The position numbers were made by a program, and so were the translations under genes. Below, piece after piece: positions 28,662 through 38,578 of a DNA stretch of 64,000 bases. Within the stretch, counting starts at the first letter, position 1; each line of letters opens with the position of its first letter. Source of the stretch: Abditibacterium sp. (GTDB lineage: Bacteria > Armatimonadota > Abditibacteriia > Abditibacteriales > Abditibacteriaceae). The notes beneath the pieces are model-generated. The model was not told the origin of the DNA and did no database searches. It saw only the letters and a list, made by a program, of their open reading frames with translations. Location of the stretch: positions 832,001-896,000 of the forward strand of contig OZ251992.1 of the NCBI GenBank assembly GCA_965246885.1. Reading direction: 5' to 3'.

Positions 28662-28829
28662 GACGTCCGCCAAACAGCGACAGACGTCCGCCGAACATTC
28701 CCAGACGTCCGGCGCCGAAAAGCGGACGTCCGCCGACGAATGACAGAGGTCTGTCACCGCCCGACAGACGTTTCTGGGCGTGTCGCCGCCCTCCGCTTTT
28801 CCTCGACGGACGTATTTCGTCGGCTCACC
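28662..28829. repeat. Degenerate tandem array, 8 x 21 bp (GACGTCCGCC core)
   Basis: Unit starts at 28662, 28683, 28704, 28725, 28746, 28767, 28788, 28809. Confidence 0.85.
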
Positions 28830-28941
28830 GGCGGCTTTTAGGCGGTGACGGGAGATTTTCTTTGCCATCCGGGGCGACTTTGGACGGGTTCGGGTGTCTG
28901 TTTTTTGGCGCCGCTTGTTTTTGAGCGCGCCCAAGGACTTC

Positions 28942-31332
28942 GTGCTTTACCCCACTCCTCGCTTTTTTTACCCCCGCTCCGCCGCCCTCGTCGGCGGATT
29001 GCTGTTGCTCGGCTCGCCCACATGGGCGCAAACACCCGTCGCCAATTTGCCCATCGCACCGACACTTCCCACCCCAACGCCGCCCGCACCGGTTGCCGCG
29101 CCCGCTCCGGTTCCGGCACCTGTCGCAGTCAGGCCCTCTCTCGACGCGACCGCCATTTCCGTCAACATCAACGGGCGCACTGTCGCTTCCGACCCCGCGC
29201 CGCGACTGGTCGGGGGCACCGTGTATGTCCCTCTGCGCGGGGTGTTGGAAGCGCTCGGCGCGCAGGTGAACTTTCTGCCGTCGGTGAACCGCATTGACAT
29301 CGTGCAGAGCGGCAAGACTTATTCGCTGCGCCCCGAAAAGAGTGGGGCCATCGCCGATGGGAAGTTGGTGGATTTGGCGCAGTCCAAGAGTTTCGACGGG
29401 CGCACTTTTGTGCCGCTTCGCGCCCTCGCGCAGTTGTTCGGCTATGGCGTGGCGTGGCAGAGCGCGACGCGCACCGTCGCCATCACGAGTAAGGAGGGGC
29501 TGGCGATTGGCTTTGTGGATCACCGCCAAGCCCTGAATAAGGCCGGAAATATCGGGGTGGGGGTGGACTTCGCCGCGTTTGCGCCCGAACAGGTCAATAC
29601 GCTGTTGGACGAAGCCAAAGCGTCGGGTGCGGGCTTGATTAAGTTCCGCTTTGACTGGGGCACGCTCGAAGCGGATAAGGGCGCGGCGTTCAACTGGCCA
29701 GTGTATGACCGCATCGTCAAAGCGGCGCGGGAGCGGGGATTCGTGATTGTGGGCATCTTGGGCGACACGGCGCCTTGGGCGTCGGTGAACATCACTGGCG
29801 ATGCCCGCGTGAAGCGCCTGTCTCCACCGCGCCCCGAAACATACTCGGCGTGGCAGAACTACGTGTCGCGTGTGGTGGGCCGCTACAAAAATGACGTGCA
29901 AGCGTGGCAAGTGTGGGAAAACCCCGACGCCGCGAACTTCTTTTCCGTGCCGCGCACCTACCGCCGCTTGGCATCCATCGCGCTCGACGCGGCGCACAAG
30001 GCGGACAAGAACGCGGTTGTGCATCTGGCCGAACCCGGTGCCGTTGACCTTACCTTTCTGGACGACCTTAATCGCAACGGTTTGACGGCCAAGGCCGACG
30101 GAGTGGCGGTCTACCCGGTCGCGGGCTTCCAACCCGGCACACTGGAAGCGCCCGAAGCGTTTCTGAGGCCGTATGGCGCGCTACGTTCCTCGCTCGTGCC
30201 GCGCGATGGCAAGGCGCGCGACTTTTGGGTGGGCGGCGTTTCGTTTCCGGCCTCGGACGACCCGGCGCTGCCCGCGTTTTCCGAGCGCGCGCAGGCCGAT
30301 TTCGCCGTTCGTTGCCTTGCTTTGGGGTTGGTGGCGGGCGGCGGCAAAGCCTTTTACAGCAGTCTGCGTGACGCTCCGGGCTTTCGGGCGGGGCGCGGCT
30401 TGGTGCGCGCCGACGGGGTGCCGCGCCCTGCGCTGGCGGGTGTGGCGGCGCTGTCCAAAGCGGTTGGCAATCTGCCGTTTGCGGGCGCGCTCCAAGCCGA
30501 TGACAACGCTGTTGTGCTGCTTTTCGACAACAAAATTGAAGGGACGCTCGTCGCGTGGTCGCCGCGTGGCGGGGCACAGTTGCAACTGTCGCCGCTCGGC
30601 TTGCCCGCACCGGCGCCCGGTTTGATTGAAGTGGCCACCCGTCCCGATTCGGAGGTGTTCGACGCGACGGGAAAAAGTCTGGGACTTACGAGCGGCCCCT
30701 TGGCGCTTGGCAGTAGTCCGGTCATCATCACGCGCATTGGCGGCGAAACAGCTAAAGCGGTGCGCGCCCAAAGCGCCTCGTTGCAACTGCAAAACCCACT
30801 GCGTTTTGTGGGCGCGGCGGGGGCGAGCGTTGACCTTGGCACCGGAGAAGAAGCGGGATTAAACTTCCGTCGTTACGCCGCCTACGGCGGCGAAGCGCAG
30901 ATCTACTCTTCCTTTGAAGGCAAGAAGGGGTTGACCACAACGCCCCCCACGTCGGCGCTCGATCCCAATTCCGCCAACCCCTTCATTTATCTGGATGTGG
31001 ACGACGATTACTTGTACAACGCGCCGGGGGTGCCCGTCACGGTGACGCTGGAAGTGAAGCGCCCACCCGTCCAAGCCCAGAGCATCTTTACCTCGACGGC
31101 GGGGTTCCGTTTGGAATATGACGGGCAAGGCGGGCCGAAGACCACGAAATGGGTCGAAGTCGAGCCGGGAGAGGGCTGGGTGACGCTCTCGTTTGATTTG
31201 CCCGACGCCAAGTTTGCCAACTCGAACGGCTACGACTTGCTGGTCAACGCGGGCGGCTCGAAGATGGCGTTGACCTTTGGGCGTATCACTCTCGCGCCGA
31301 AACCGGCAACAGCCATAGCGCAAACGCCATAA
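28942..31332 (+). CDS. Secreted copper-amine-oxidase-N-like (stalk) domain + clan GH-A-like TIM barrel protein
   Basis: AAGGA + GTG; signal peptide; YVPLRGVLEALG and TFVPLRALAQLFG stalk repeats; RFDWGTLE..FNW..YDRIV, WQVWENPD. Confidence 0.8.
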   Translation: MLYPTPRFFYPRSAALVGGLLLLGSPTWAQTPVANLPIAPTLPTPTPPAPVAAPAPVPAPVAVRPSLDATAISVNINGRTVASDPAPRLVGGTVYVPLRGVLEALGAQVNFLPSVNRIDIVQSGKTYSLRPEKSGAIADGKLVDLAQSKSFDGRTFVPLRALAQLFGYGVAWQSATRTVAITSKEGLAIGFVDHRQALNKAGNIGVGVDFAAFAPEQVNTLLDEAKASGAGLIKFRFDWGTLEADKGAAFNWPVYDRIVKAARERGFVIVGILGDTAPWASVNITGDARVKRLSPPRPETYSAWQNYVSRVVGRYKNDVQAWQVWENPDAANFFSVPRTYRRLASIALDAAHKADKNAVVHLAEPGAVDLTFLDDLNRNGLTAKADGVAVYPVAGFQPGTLEAPEAFLRPYGALRSSLVPRDGKARDFWVGGVSFPASDDPALPAFSERAQADFAVRCLALGLVAGGGKAFYSSLRDAPGFRAGRGLVRADGVPRPALAGVAALSKAVGNLPFAGALQADDNAVVLLFDNKIEGTLVAWSPRGGAQLQLSPLGLPAPAPGLIEVATRPDSEVFDATGKSLGLTSGPLALGSSPVIITRIGGETAKAVRAQSASLQLQNPLRFVGAAGASVDLGTGEEAGLNFRRYAAYGGEAQIYSSFEGKKGLTTTPPTSALDPNSANPFIYLDVDDDYLYNAPGVPVTVTLEVKRPPVQAQSIFTSTAGFRLEYDGQGGPKTTKWVEVEPGEGWVTLSFDLPDAKFANSNGYDLLVNAGGSKMALTFGRITLAPKPATAIAQTP

Positions 31333-31507
31333 GTGTCACCTTCCAACCGTGCGCAACCTCCAGTGCGCGCGGGTGTCCATTAGGAGCGTTCCCGTCACTT
31401 CTCTGGCCGTGCTGCGCTTGCAAACAAGCGGGGTATGGCATCAGATTGGCAACGGGCGACGCGGAGTTTTCAGAGGAATTGCTCGCACAACTTGCTTCTT
31501 GAGTCGC

Positions 31508-31536
31508 TTTACAAGAGGGGTGAGAGCGGTTAAAAT
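31508..31536 (+). promoter_or_regulatory. Sigma70-type promoter for SLH/OmpM gene
   Basis: TTTACA-17 bp-TAAAAT. Confidence 0.65.
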
Positions 31537-31775
31537 GGGAGCGCCTTTGTTTTTCACTTTCTTGCCGCCCAAGGGCGGGTAGACGAAAAACAATCCATAT
31601 GCAACGCCCAAAGGGGCCGCGTGAATAGGGGAGTGGAGAAGACAACGAAGAAAAAGAGCCAAGTGACGGAGGCAACATGGATACTCCGCCGCTCACCTCT
31701 TCCACTTCGTTCGAGGCTCGCCCCAGTTCATTGCGCCGCTTTGTTCGTTATTTTGTCAGGTTTTTCAACCATACT

Positions 31776-33767
31776 ATGAAGCGATTCACCCAAATGGCGG
31801 CTTTGATGGCCGTCGCGGGCTTGCCCGCAATCGTTGCGCCCGGCCTTATGGCTTCGGCGCACGCGCAAGACGCCGCCCCCGCTGGCGGCATGGCCAAAGA
31901 GTTCCAAGACGTTCCGGTGGGCCACTGGGCCTACCCCGCGCTGCAAAAGTTGGCGGCGGCGGGCGTTTTGGAGGGCTATCCGCCCATCGGCGACTATCGC
32001 GGCAAAAAGCCGATGACCCGCTACGAGTTCGCGGTCGCCATCGCCCGCATCCTCGACCGCATCCCGCCTGCCAATGCCGCTGTTGCGTTCGACCCGTCCG
32101 GCTTGCAAAGCCAGATTGACGCCCTCAACAAGCGTCCCATCCCCGACATCACCCGCGCCCAAACGCAGGACTTGATCGACGCTCTGCGCCGCGAGTTCGC
32201 CGACGAATTGGCCCGCCTCGATGGCCGCGTTACTGTGATCGAGAACCGCGTTGACAAGTTGGAGAACCGCGTTGCCGCGCCGCCCCGCATGACGGTCGCC
32301 GCCTCGTTCCTCCACCGTCGCGGCTTCGCCAACTACATCGACGACAGCGGTAGCGCTGCTGCCATCGGCGCTAATGGGAACGTTACCTCTATTGGTCGCA
32401 CCTTCTTGCGCCCGGAAGTCTCTACCGGCGAAGGTTTCACTTTGGCTAACCCGATCGACGGCACCAACTTCGTCTCGCAAAACGGCAAGGGCGTTTCGTT
32501 CGACCGACGCGTGGTCAACCGCACCTTCTCCTACACGGACTTTGAAGTCCGCTTGTCGGATCGTGTTTCTGACCGCCTGAGCGTCAACGCCGCTCTCCGC
32601 TCCCTCGGCTCCACTCAGGAAGATCCCTGGGTGGGCAACACCGATGGCGGCTTGTACGTCCGTGAAGCGTTCGTGTCGGCCAACTTGGGCAACACGCGCG
32701 GTTTGAGCTTCGTCAAGAACTTGAGCGCCACCTTGGGCCGCCAGCGCACCAAAATCGGTTTGGGCTTGTTGTATGACAACGATTTGTCGCCTACAGATCA
32801 GTTGCGCTACGACGCCAACATCGGCCCCGTCGCCCTGACTGGCTTCTTCGGCACCCAAAACAACGTTGGCCTCGGCAACGGCTTTGGCGCCAACGGCAGC
32901 GACCCTTACGGCAGCCAAGGCTCCAACTTCTATCTTGACCCGGCGAAAGACGGTACCATCAACGATGTCGCCCGTCAGCGTTTAATCGGCTTCGGCACCA
33001 CTGGTGTCGCTGGCGGCGCCACTCAGTTCACGCCCATCGACGACAACGAAACCTTGGGCCGCGCTTCGCTCAACGTATTTCGCATCGCGGGCCAACCCGT
33101 TTCGGTCGGTTACTCCCGACTGCTCGACGGCTACCGCCGTCAGGCGGCGGAAAGCGGCGACTTGACCATCCCGCTCTTCAACCGAACCATTGGTTTTGAG
33201 GCCGTGCGTTCGCTTCGCACTGCCGACGGCACGAGCACCAACAACTTGGATGGCGTCGGTCGCACCCACCGCCCTGTCGCTGGTATCGTGACGGCCAACG
33301 TTCTCCGCACCAGCTACCTTGACCTGAACGCGGCTTACGGCAAAGCGGACGACAACTTCGAGTATCTCGCAGCGTCGGTCGCCAACCCCTACGCGCGCTC
33401 CTACGGCGAAGCCATCTTCGACCGCCCCGTGTTCCTCGGCGCTCCGCTTATCAACGGTTCGGGCGTCGCGGGCGAACCCGGCTTCCTCACGGCCAAAGAA
33501 GGCTACGATGTGAGCGGCACGCTCCGCATCCCGGTTTCTTTTCTGCGCCGCTTACCGCTCGACTTCCGCTACTACACCGCCCGTTCCGGTCGCTTTGTAA
33601 GCGGTGGCGTGTTGACCCGTCGCAAGTTGGGAGAGGTTTACTCCATCGGCACGACGCTCAACTTGACTCCCGGCCTCGACCTCGAAGTCAAGGGCGGCTT
33701 CTATAACCCGTCCGGTAACGCTTCCACTGTGCGCTACGTCCGCATCGGCGCCAACGTCGGCTTCTAA
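31776..33767 (+). CDS. SLH domain + coiled coil + outer-membrane beta-barrel protein (OmpM/SlpA-like)
   Basis: Signal peptide AHA-Q; FQDVPVGHWAY..GYP..MTRYEFA SLH; LRREFADEL..RVDKLE coiled coil; C-terminal Phe strand RIGANVGF. Confidence 0.88.
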   Translation: MKRFTQMAALMAVAGLPAIVAPGLMASAHAQDAAPAGGMAKEFQDVPVGHWAYPALQKLAAAGVLEGYPPIGDYRGKKPMTRYEFAVAIARILDRIPPANAAVAFDPSGLQSQIDALNKRPIPDITRAQTQDLIDALRREFADELARLDGRVTVIENRVDKLENRVAAPPRMTVAASFLHRRGFANYIDDSGSAAAIGANGNVTSIGRTFLRPEVSTGEGFTLANPIDGTNFVSQNGKGVSFDRRVVNRTFSYTDFEVRLSDRVSDRLSVNAALRSLGSTQEDPWVGNTDGGLYVREAFVSANLGNTRGLSFVKNLSATLGRQRTKIGLGLLYDNDLSPTDQLRYDANIGPVALTGFFGTQNNVGLGNGFGANGSDPYGSQGSNFYLDPAKDGTINDVARQRLIGFGTTGVAGGATQFTPIDDNETLGRASLNVFRIAGQPVSVGYSRLLDGYRRQAAESGDLTIPLFNRTIGFEAVRSLRTADGTSTNNLDGVGRTHRPVAGIVTANVLRTSYLDLNAAYGKADDNFEYLAASVANPYARSYGEAIFDRPVFLGAPLINGSGVAGEPGFLTAKEGYDVSGTLRIPVSFLRRLPLDFRYYTARSGRFVSGGVLTRRKLGEVYSIGTTLNLTPGLDLEVKGGFYNPSGNASTVRYVRIGANVGF

Positions 33768-33784
33768 ACGGAGCCAAGCAAGAT

Positions 33785-33822
33785 AAAGCCCCGCGACCTT
33801 TGGGTCGCGGGGCTTTGTTTTT
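33785..33822 (+). terminator. Intrinsic terminator
   Basis: AAAGCCCCGCGACC-TTTG-GGTCGCGGGGCTTT-GTTTTT. Confidence 0.85.
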
Positions 33823-33855
33823 AACCCCACCCATCCCGATAAACTGCCCGCCATT

Positions 33856-34899
33856 ATGGACGCCCAAACACCTGCTTCTTCCCCCGCCCCCGTCGCTCCG
33901 GCGCCCGCCTATCTTCCTGCGCCTAAACCGCCGCGCCGCGTCTCGCTGTTTGGGGTCTTCTTGATTCTCTGCGTGTTGGGCGTGTTGTCGCTGTTTTTGA
34001 TGGGAGCCATCGCGTCCTCTGTCGCGGCGGGACAGCCGAAAATAGGACTCATCGAAGTGTCCGGCGCCATTTCGGACGAGGGCGCGCGCGGCTTGTTCGG
34101 CGCCGGAAGCGCGGGTGGCGCGCGCGAATTCATGGCCCAGACCGCCAAAGCCGAGCGTGACGACGCCGTCAAAGCCGTCGTCATTCGCATCAACTCCCCC
34201 GGCGGTTCGGCTTCGGCCTCGCAGGAAATGTTCGAGGCCGTGCAACGGTTGCGCGCCAAAAAGCCGGTCATTTGCTCGATGGGCGACCTCGCGGCGTCGG
34301 GTGGGTATTACATCGCGGCGGGCTGCGACAAAATCTACGCTAACCCCGCGACCCTCACCGGGTCTATCGGTGTCATTTCCGAGTTTCCCAACTACGGCGA
34401 TCTCGCCCGCAAGCTGGGTGTCGGCCAAACTATCATCAAGTCCGGCAAGTTCAAGGACGCGGGCAACCCCGCCCGCCCGCTCACAGCCGAAGAGCAGCAA
34501 CTGTTTCAGGGGATGGTCAACTCCATCTTCGCCGGTTTCAAAGCCGATGTCGTGCGCGGACGGAGCAAAGCGACCGGCGGCAAACTGACCGCCGCGAAGC
34601 TGGCCGCTCTCGCAACGGGCCGGGTCTTCACCGGGCGTCAAGCCAAAGATGTCCTGCTCGTGGACGAAATCGGCGGCCTGTATGACGCCGTGCAATACGC
34701 CGCCCAAATCGGCAAAATTTCTGGCGAGCCGGAAATCAAGCCGATGGCCAGCAGTGGCGGCTTGGGCGCCCTCTTTGGCGCCTCGTCGTCATCGGGCGCC
34801 TTGGGCACGCTGTCGAACACCTTCGGCGAAAGCGTGGGACGCGGCGCCGTTAAGCAGTTCGAGGAATCGGCTCAAACAAGCGCGCCCGTGTTGAGGTGA
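33856..34899 (+). CDS. sppA: Signal peptide peptidase SppA (S49)
   Basis: RINSPGGS, SMGDLAASGGYY, TGSIGV, KSGKFKD, GRVFTG. Confidence 0.95.
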   Translation: MDAQTPASSPAPVAPAPAYLPAPKPPRRVSLFGVFLILCVLGVLSLFLMGAIASSVAAGQPKIGLIEVSGAISDEGARGLFGAGSAGGAREFMAQTAKAERDDAVKAVVIRINSPGGSASASQEMFEAVQRLRAKKPVICSMGDLAASGGYYIAAGCDKIYANPATLTGSIGVISEFPNYGDLARKLGVGQTIIKSGKFKDAGNPARPLTAEEQQLFQGMVNSIFAGFKADVVRGRSKATGGKLTAAKLAALATGRVFTGRQAKDVLLVDEIGGLYDAVQYAAQIGKISGEPEIKPMASSGGLGALFGASSSSGALGTLSNTFGESVGRGAVKQFEESAQTSAPVLR

Positions 34900-34902
34900 A
34901 GC

Positions 34903-35760
34903 ATGCGCTCCTCTCGCTTCCCCCGTTCCAAGGCGTTGTGGACGATTCCCGTTTGGATTGCGGGCGCCACCTTGGGGGGTTACTGCCTCTCGATTGCGCG
35001 CACTCCAAGTGATAAAGTGACGGCTTGGCTGTGCATCGGGCTGAGCAGCATGATGGGGCTAACGATGATGGCGTGGGAAGTGGGGCAGAATTTTCAGGGC
35101 GAAGGCGCCGGGTGGAAAAGCGGAAGAATTGGTGGCCAAACGCGCACTGTCTGGTTATGGCCCGCTTCCAAGCTCAACATCCTGTTGGTTGTCTTCATCA
35201 TGGTTGGTGTGGGAGTCGGCTCGGTTTTGTATTTCTTCTACGGCCCTGTGGGAGCAGGTTTGCATCACTGGGAAATGGGCTTTGCGGCGCTTTTCGCGCC
35301 TGTTGCTGCCGTTGGATTGGGGTTCACTACCTTCACTAAAATAAAGGGCATCGCCCTCGTTCCCGAAGGCATTTAGTGGCTCAAGGACGCCCAAGAGGTG
35401 TTCATCCCTTGGGAAGCGATTGATTCCGCCGCCCAAGCCAGCGCGTTCATGGAAGTGGGGCATGGCATCCGAACCCGCGCGCCAGCTTTGGGCGTGCGGG
35501 TGGGGAATGTTGAAAAGGTTGTGTGCTTACGCAGTAGCGCGCCGCCGAAACCGGCCCTGCGCGCTTCGTGGAGCCAGTCACGCCGCGAAACGGGCTACGA
35601 ATTGACGTATCTCGAAGAGGCGCTCATCCTGCCGTCCAAGCAAGCCGAGTTTCTTTTGCGCTATTTCATAGAGAACCCGCGCGCGCGGCGCGAACTGAGT
35701 GCAGGCGAAACCTCGCTCGGCTTCTTGGAAACGCTGCTCCATGACGCCCGCCGGGAGTAG
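34903..35760 (+). pseudogene. Membrane protein with PH-like C-terminal domain interrupted by in-frame TAG at 35374-35376
   Basis: ORFs 34903..35376 and 35398..35760 are in the same frame: IALVPEGI*WLKDAQEVFIPWEAI. Confidence 0.7.
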
Positions 35761-35801
35761 GCAGAAAGGGGGGCGGCGCGGCTTAAACTGCTGCTCAGTT
35801 C

Positions 35802-38543
35802 ATGTCCAAATTGCTCCTCATTGACGGGTACTCTCTCCTTTACCGCGCCTTCTTTTCGTCGCCGCCGTTTTCGACTTCGCGCGGCGAGCCGACCGGCGCG
35901 CTGTATGGCTTCATTCGGATGGTCACGCGCCTCTTGGATGAGAACGCGCCGGATTATGTCGTCGTGGCGTTCGATCCGCCCGGCGGCACGTTCCGGCACG
36001 AGGCTGACGCGACTTATAAGGCGCAGCGCTCCGATGCGCCAGACGACCTCAAAATCCAGCAGCGTTTAGTGCGCGATTTGCTCGATGGCCTGTCCATTCC
36101 GCGCTACGAGCACAAAGGGTTTGAGGCCGACGACGTCATCGGCACGCTCGCCAAGATGGGCGAAGCGCGCGGGCAGGACGTGCTCATCGTCACCGGCGAC
36201 GGCGACCAACTGCAACTGGCGACCGACCGCGTGCAAGTCCTCCTCACGCGCAAAGGCGTGTCCGAATTGGAAGCTTACCGCCCCGCGCAAGTCGTCGAAC
36301 GGTACGGATTCGAGCCGCAGTATGTGCCCGACTTCAAGGGCTTAAAGGGCGACGCGAGCGACAACATTCCCGGCATCCCCGGCATCGGCGACAAGACCGC
36401 GTCCGCCCTGCTCCAAAAGTTCGGCTCGTTAGACGGCATCTACGAACACTTGGACGAAGTGGCGCCGCCGCGCATCCAAGGGCTGCTCCGCGAGCATCAA
36501 GCGCAGGCCTTCCACTCGCGCACGATGGCGACCATCGTGACCGATTTGCCCGTCGAAGCCGCGCCGGAAGACTTCAAATACGACCCGTTCGACCCGGAAA
36601 AGCGCCGCAAAGCCGCCGAAACCGCGCGCCATTTCGAGTTCAAGTCGCTCGCCGCCCGGTATCAAACGCCCGTCGAAGCCGCGAACCGACCCGCGCCCGT
36701 CGCGGCGCAAGAATTCGACTTCGCGCTCGAAGAAACCGACGCTCCCGACGCGGCGCGCGCGTGGATTAGGAAACAGAAGAACGCCCCCATCGCTTTCGCC
36801 CTTTTTGTGGATGGCCCGATGCTCGCCCGCGACGGGAAGGTGCTGCGCTTCGCGGGGCCAGTCGCCGAACTGGGCGCGTTTCTCGCCGACCCAAAGGCGC
36901 CGAAGATTGTGCATGACGAGAAATCGCTCCTGCGCGCGCTCTCGCAACTGCCCGCCGCCAATACATCCGAACCGTCGCTATTCGACGAGCCGGAAGTGGA
37001 CGGGCAGGGCGTCGAACTGCGCGGCGTCGTGGCCGACACCATGCTGATGGCGTGGCTGTTGGAACCGACCAAACAAGCGCCCCCCATCGAACACGTCGCG
37101 CAAAAGTTCCTGCGCTACTCGCTCCCGCCGCTCCCCGAAGCCCCGAAAAAGCGCGGTAAAAACGCGAGCCTGTTCGAGGATGGGCCAGACGAGGCCGCCA
37201 TCCATGCGCGGCGCAAACACGAAGCGGCGAGCGTCGCCGTCACCGCCGAACTCGAACCCGTCCTGCGGCAAGAGTTGGACGACATCGGCGCGACCGTGTT
37301 GCTCGAAGAGTTGGAATTACCGCTCGTGCCGGTGCTTTCGGGCATGGAGCGCGTCGGGATGCAACTCGACCCGCAGCCTCTGCGCGAGTTGGGGAAGAAG
37401 TTGGAAGTGGACATCGCGCGCTTGCAAGGTGAAGTGTGGACGCTGGCGGGCCGCGAGTTCGCCATCGGCTCGCCCAAGCAATTGCAGGAAGTCCTCTTCC
37501 AAGAACTCAAGCTCGACACGGGCCGCAAGAACAAGTCCGGCGGCTTCACCACCGACGCCTTCGCGCTCGAAAAGCTGGCCGAAGACCACGAAATCGCGCG
37601 CAAAGTCATCGAGTGGCGCCAAGCGAGCAAGCTGCAAACCACCTACGTCGAGGCGCTCTTGAAACTAATGGAGCCGAAGTCGCACCGCATCCATTCGACG
37701 CTCAACCAAACTGGCGCCGTGACGGGGCGCCTTTCTTCCAGCGAGCCGAACCTGCAAAACGTGCCGATTCGCACCGAACAGGGCCGCCTCATCCGCAAAG
37801 CGTTCGTCGCGCCCGAAGGCAAGGTGATTCTCTCCGCCGACTACTCGCAGATCGAACTGCGCATCCTCGCGCACATCACGGCTGATGCGCCGCTTGTGGA
37901 CGCTTTCCAGAACGGTGAGGACGTTCACGCCCGCACCGCGTCTGCTCTGTTTGGCGTGGACATCAAAACCGTTGACCGCGAACAGCGCCGCCTCGCCAAG
38001 ATGACCAACTACGCCATCGCCTACGGCGTGTCGGGGTTTGGCCTCGCCAAGCAATTAGGCGGCGGCATGAACGCGGGCGACGCGGCGGGCTTTATCAAGA
38101 CTTACTTCGAGACTCTGCCGGGCGTCAAAAAATATATAGACGACACCCTCGAAGAGGGCCGCAAGCGCGGCTACGTCGAAACCCTGATGGGACGCCGCCG
38201 CCCGATGCCCGACCTCAATGCCAACGCCTTTCAAGTCCGCTCCGCCGCCGAGCGCACTGCCATCAACCACCCCATCCAAGGGACAAGCGCCGACATCATG
38301 AAAATGGCGATGATCGGCATCGCTGCCGAACTGCGCGCGCGCGGCTTGGCGTCGCAACTCACGATGCAAGTCCACGACGAACTCGTTTTTGAAGTGCCCG
38401 AAGCGGAGATCGAAGAAGTCACGGCTCTGGTCAAAGACATCATGGCCCGCACACCCGTCGAACGCCTCCAACTGCGCGTGCCGTTGCTGGCAGAAGTGGG
38501 AACAGGGCCGAATTGGGAGGACACGAAGGAGGGGAAGGAGTAG
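35802..38543 (+). CDS. polA: DNA polymerase I
   Basis: 5'-3' exonuclease LIDGYSLLYRAF, EADDVIG, GDASDNIPG; polymerase TGRLSSSEPNLQN, ADYSQIELR, IQGTSAD, QVHDEL. Confidence 0.98.
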   Translation: MSKLLLIDGYSLLYRAFFSSPPFSTSRGEPTGALYGFIRMVTRLLDENAPDYVVVAFDPPGGTFRHEADATYKAQRSDAPDDLKIQQRLVRDLLDGLSIPRYEHKGFEADDVIGTLAKMGEARGQDVLIVTGDGDQLQLATDRVQVLLTRKGVSELEAYRPAQVVERYGFEPQYVPDFKGLKGDASDNIPGIPGIGDKTASALLQKFGSLDGIYEHLDEVAPPRIQGLLREHQAQAFHSRTMATIVTDLPVEAAPEDFKYDPFDPEKRRKAAETARHFEFKSLAARYQTPVEAANRPAPVAAQEFDFALEETDAPDAARAWIRKQKNAPIAFALFVDGPMLARDGKVLRFAGPVAELGAFLADPKAPKIVHDEKSLLRALSQLPAANTSEPSLFDEPEVDGQGVELRGVVADTMLMAWLLEPTKQAPPIEHVAQKFLRYSLPPLPEAPKKRGKNASLFEDGPDEAAIHARRKHEAASVAVTAELEPVLRQELDDIGATVLLEELELPLVPVLSGMERVGMQLDPQPLRELGKKLEVDIARLQGEVWTLAGREFAIGSPKQLQEVLFQELKLDTGRKNKSGGFTTDAFALEKLAEDHEIARKVIEWRQASKLQTTYVEALLKLMEPKSHRIHSTLNQTGAVTGRLSSSEPNLQNVPIRTEQGRLIRKAFVAPEGKVILSADYSQIELRILAHITADAPLVDAFQNGEDVHARTASALFGVDIKTVDREQRRLAKMTNYAIAYGVSGFGLAKQLGGGMNAGDAAGFIKTYFETLPGVKKYIDDTLEEGRKRGYVETLMGRRRPMPDLNANAFQVRSAAERTAINHPIQGTSADIMKMAMIGIAAELRARGLASQLTMQVHDELVFEVPEAEIEEVTALVKDIMARTPVERLQLRVPLLAEVGTGPNWEDTKEGKE

Positions 38544-38578
38544 GGGTGGGGAATCTCAAAGCCGTTGTGTGATGAGAG

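Noticed and set aside
31436..31451. Sigma54 -24/-12 site (TGGCATCAGATTGGCA)
   Set aside because: GG-N10-GC spacing fits but TTGC is imperfect, and a better sigma70 promoter lies downstream
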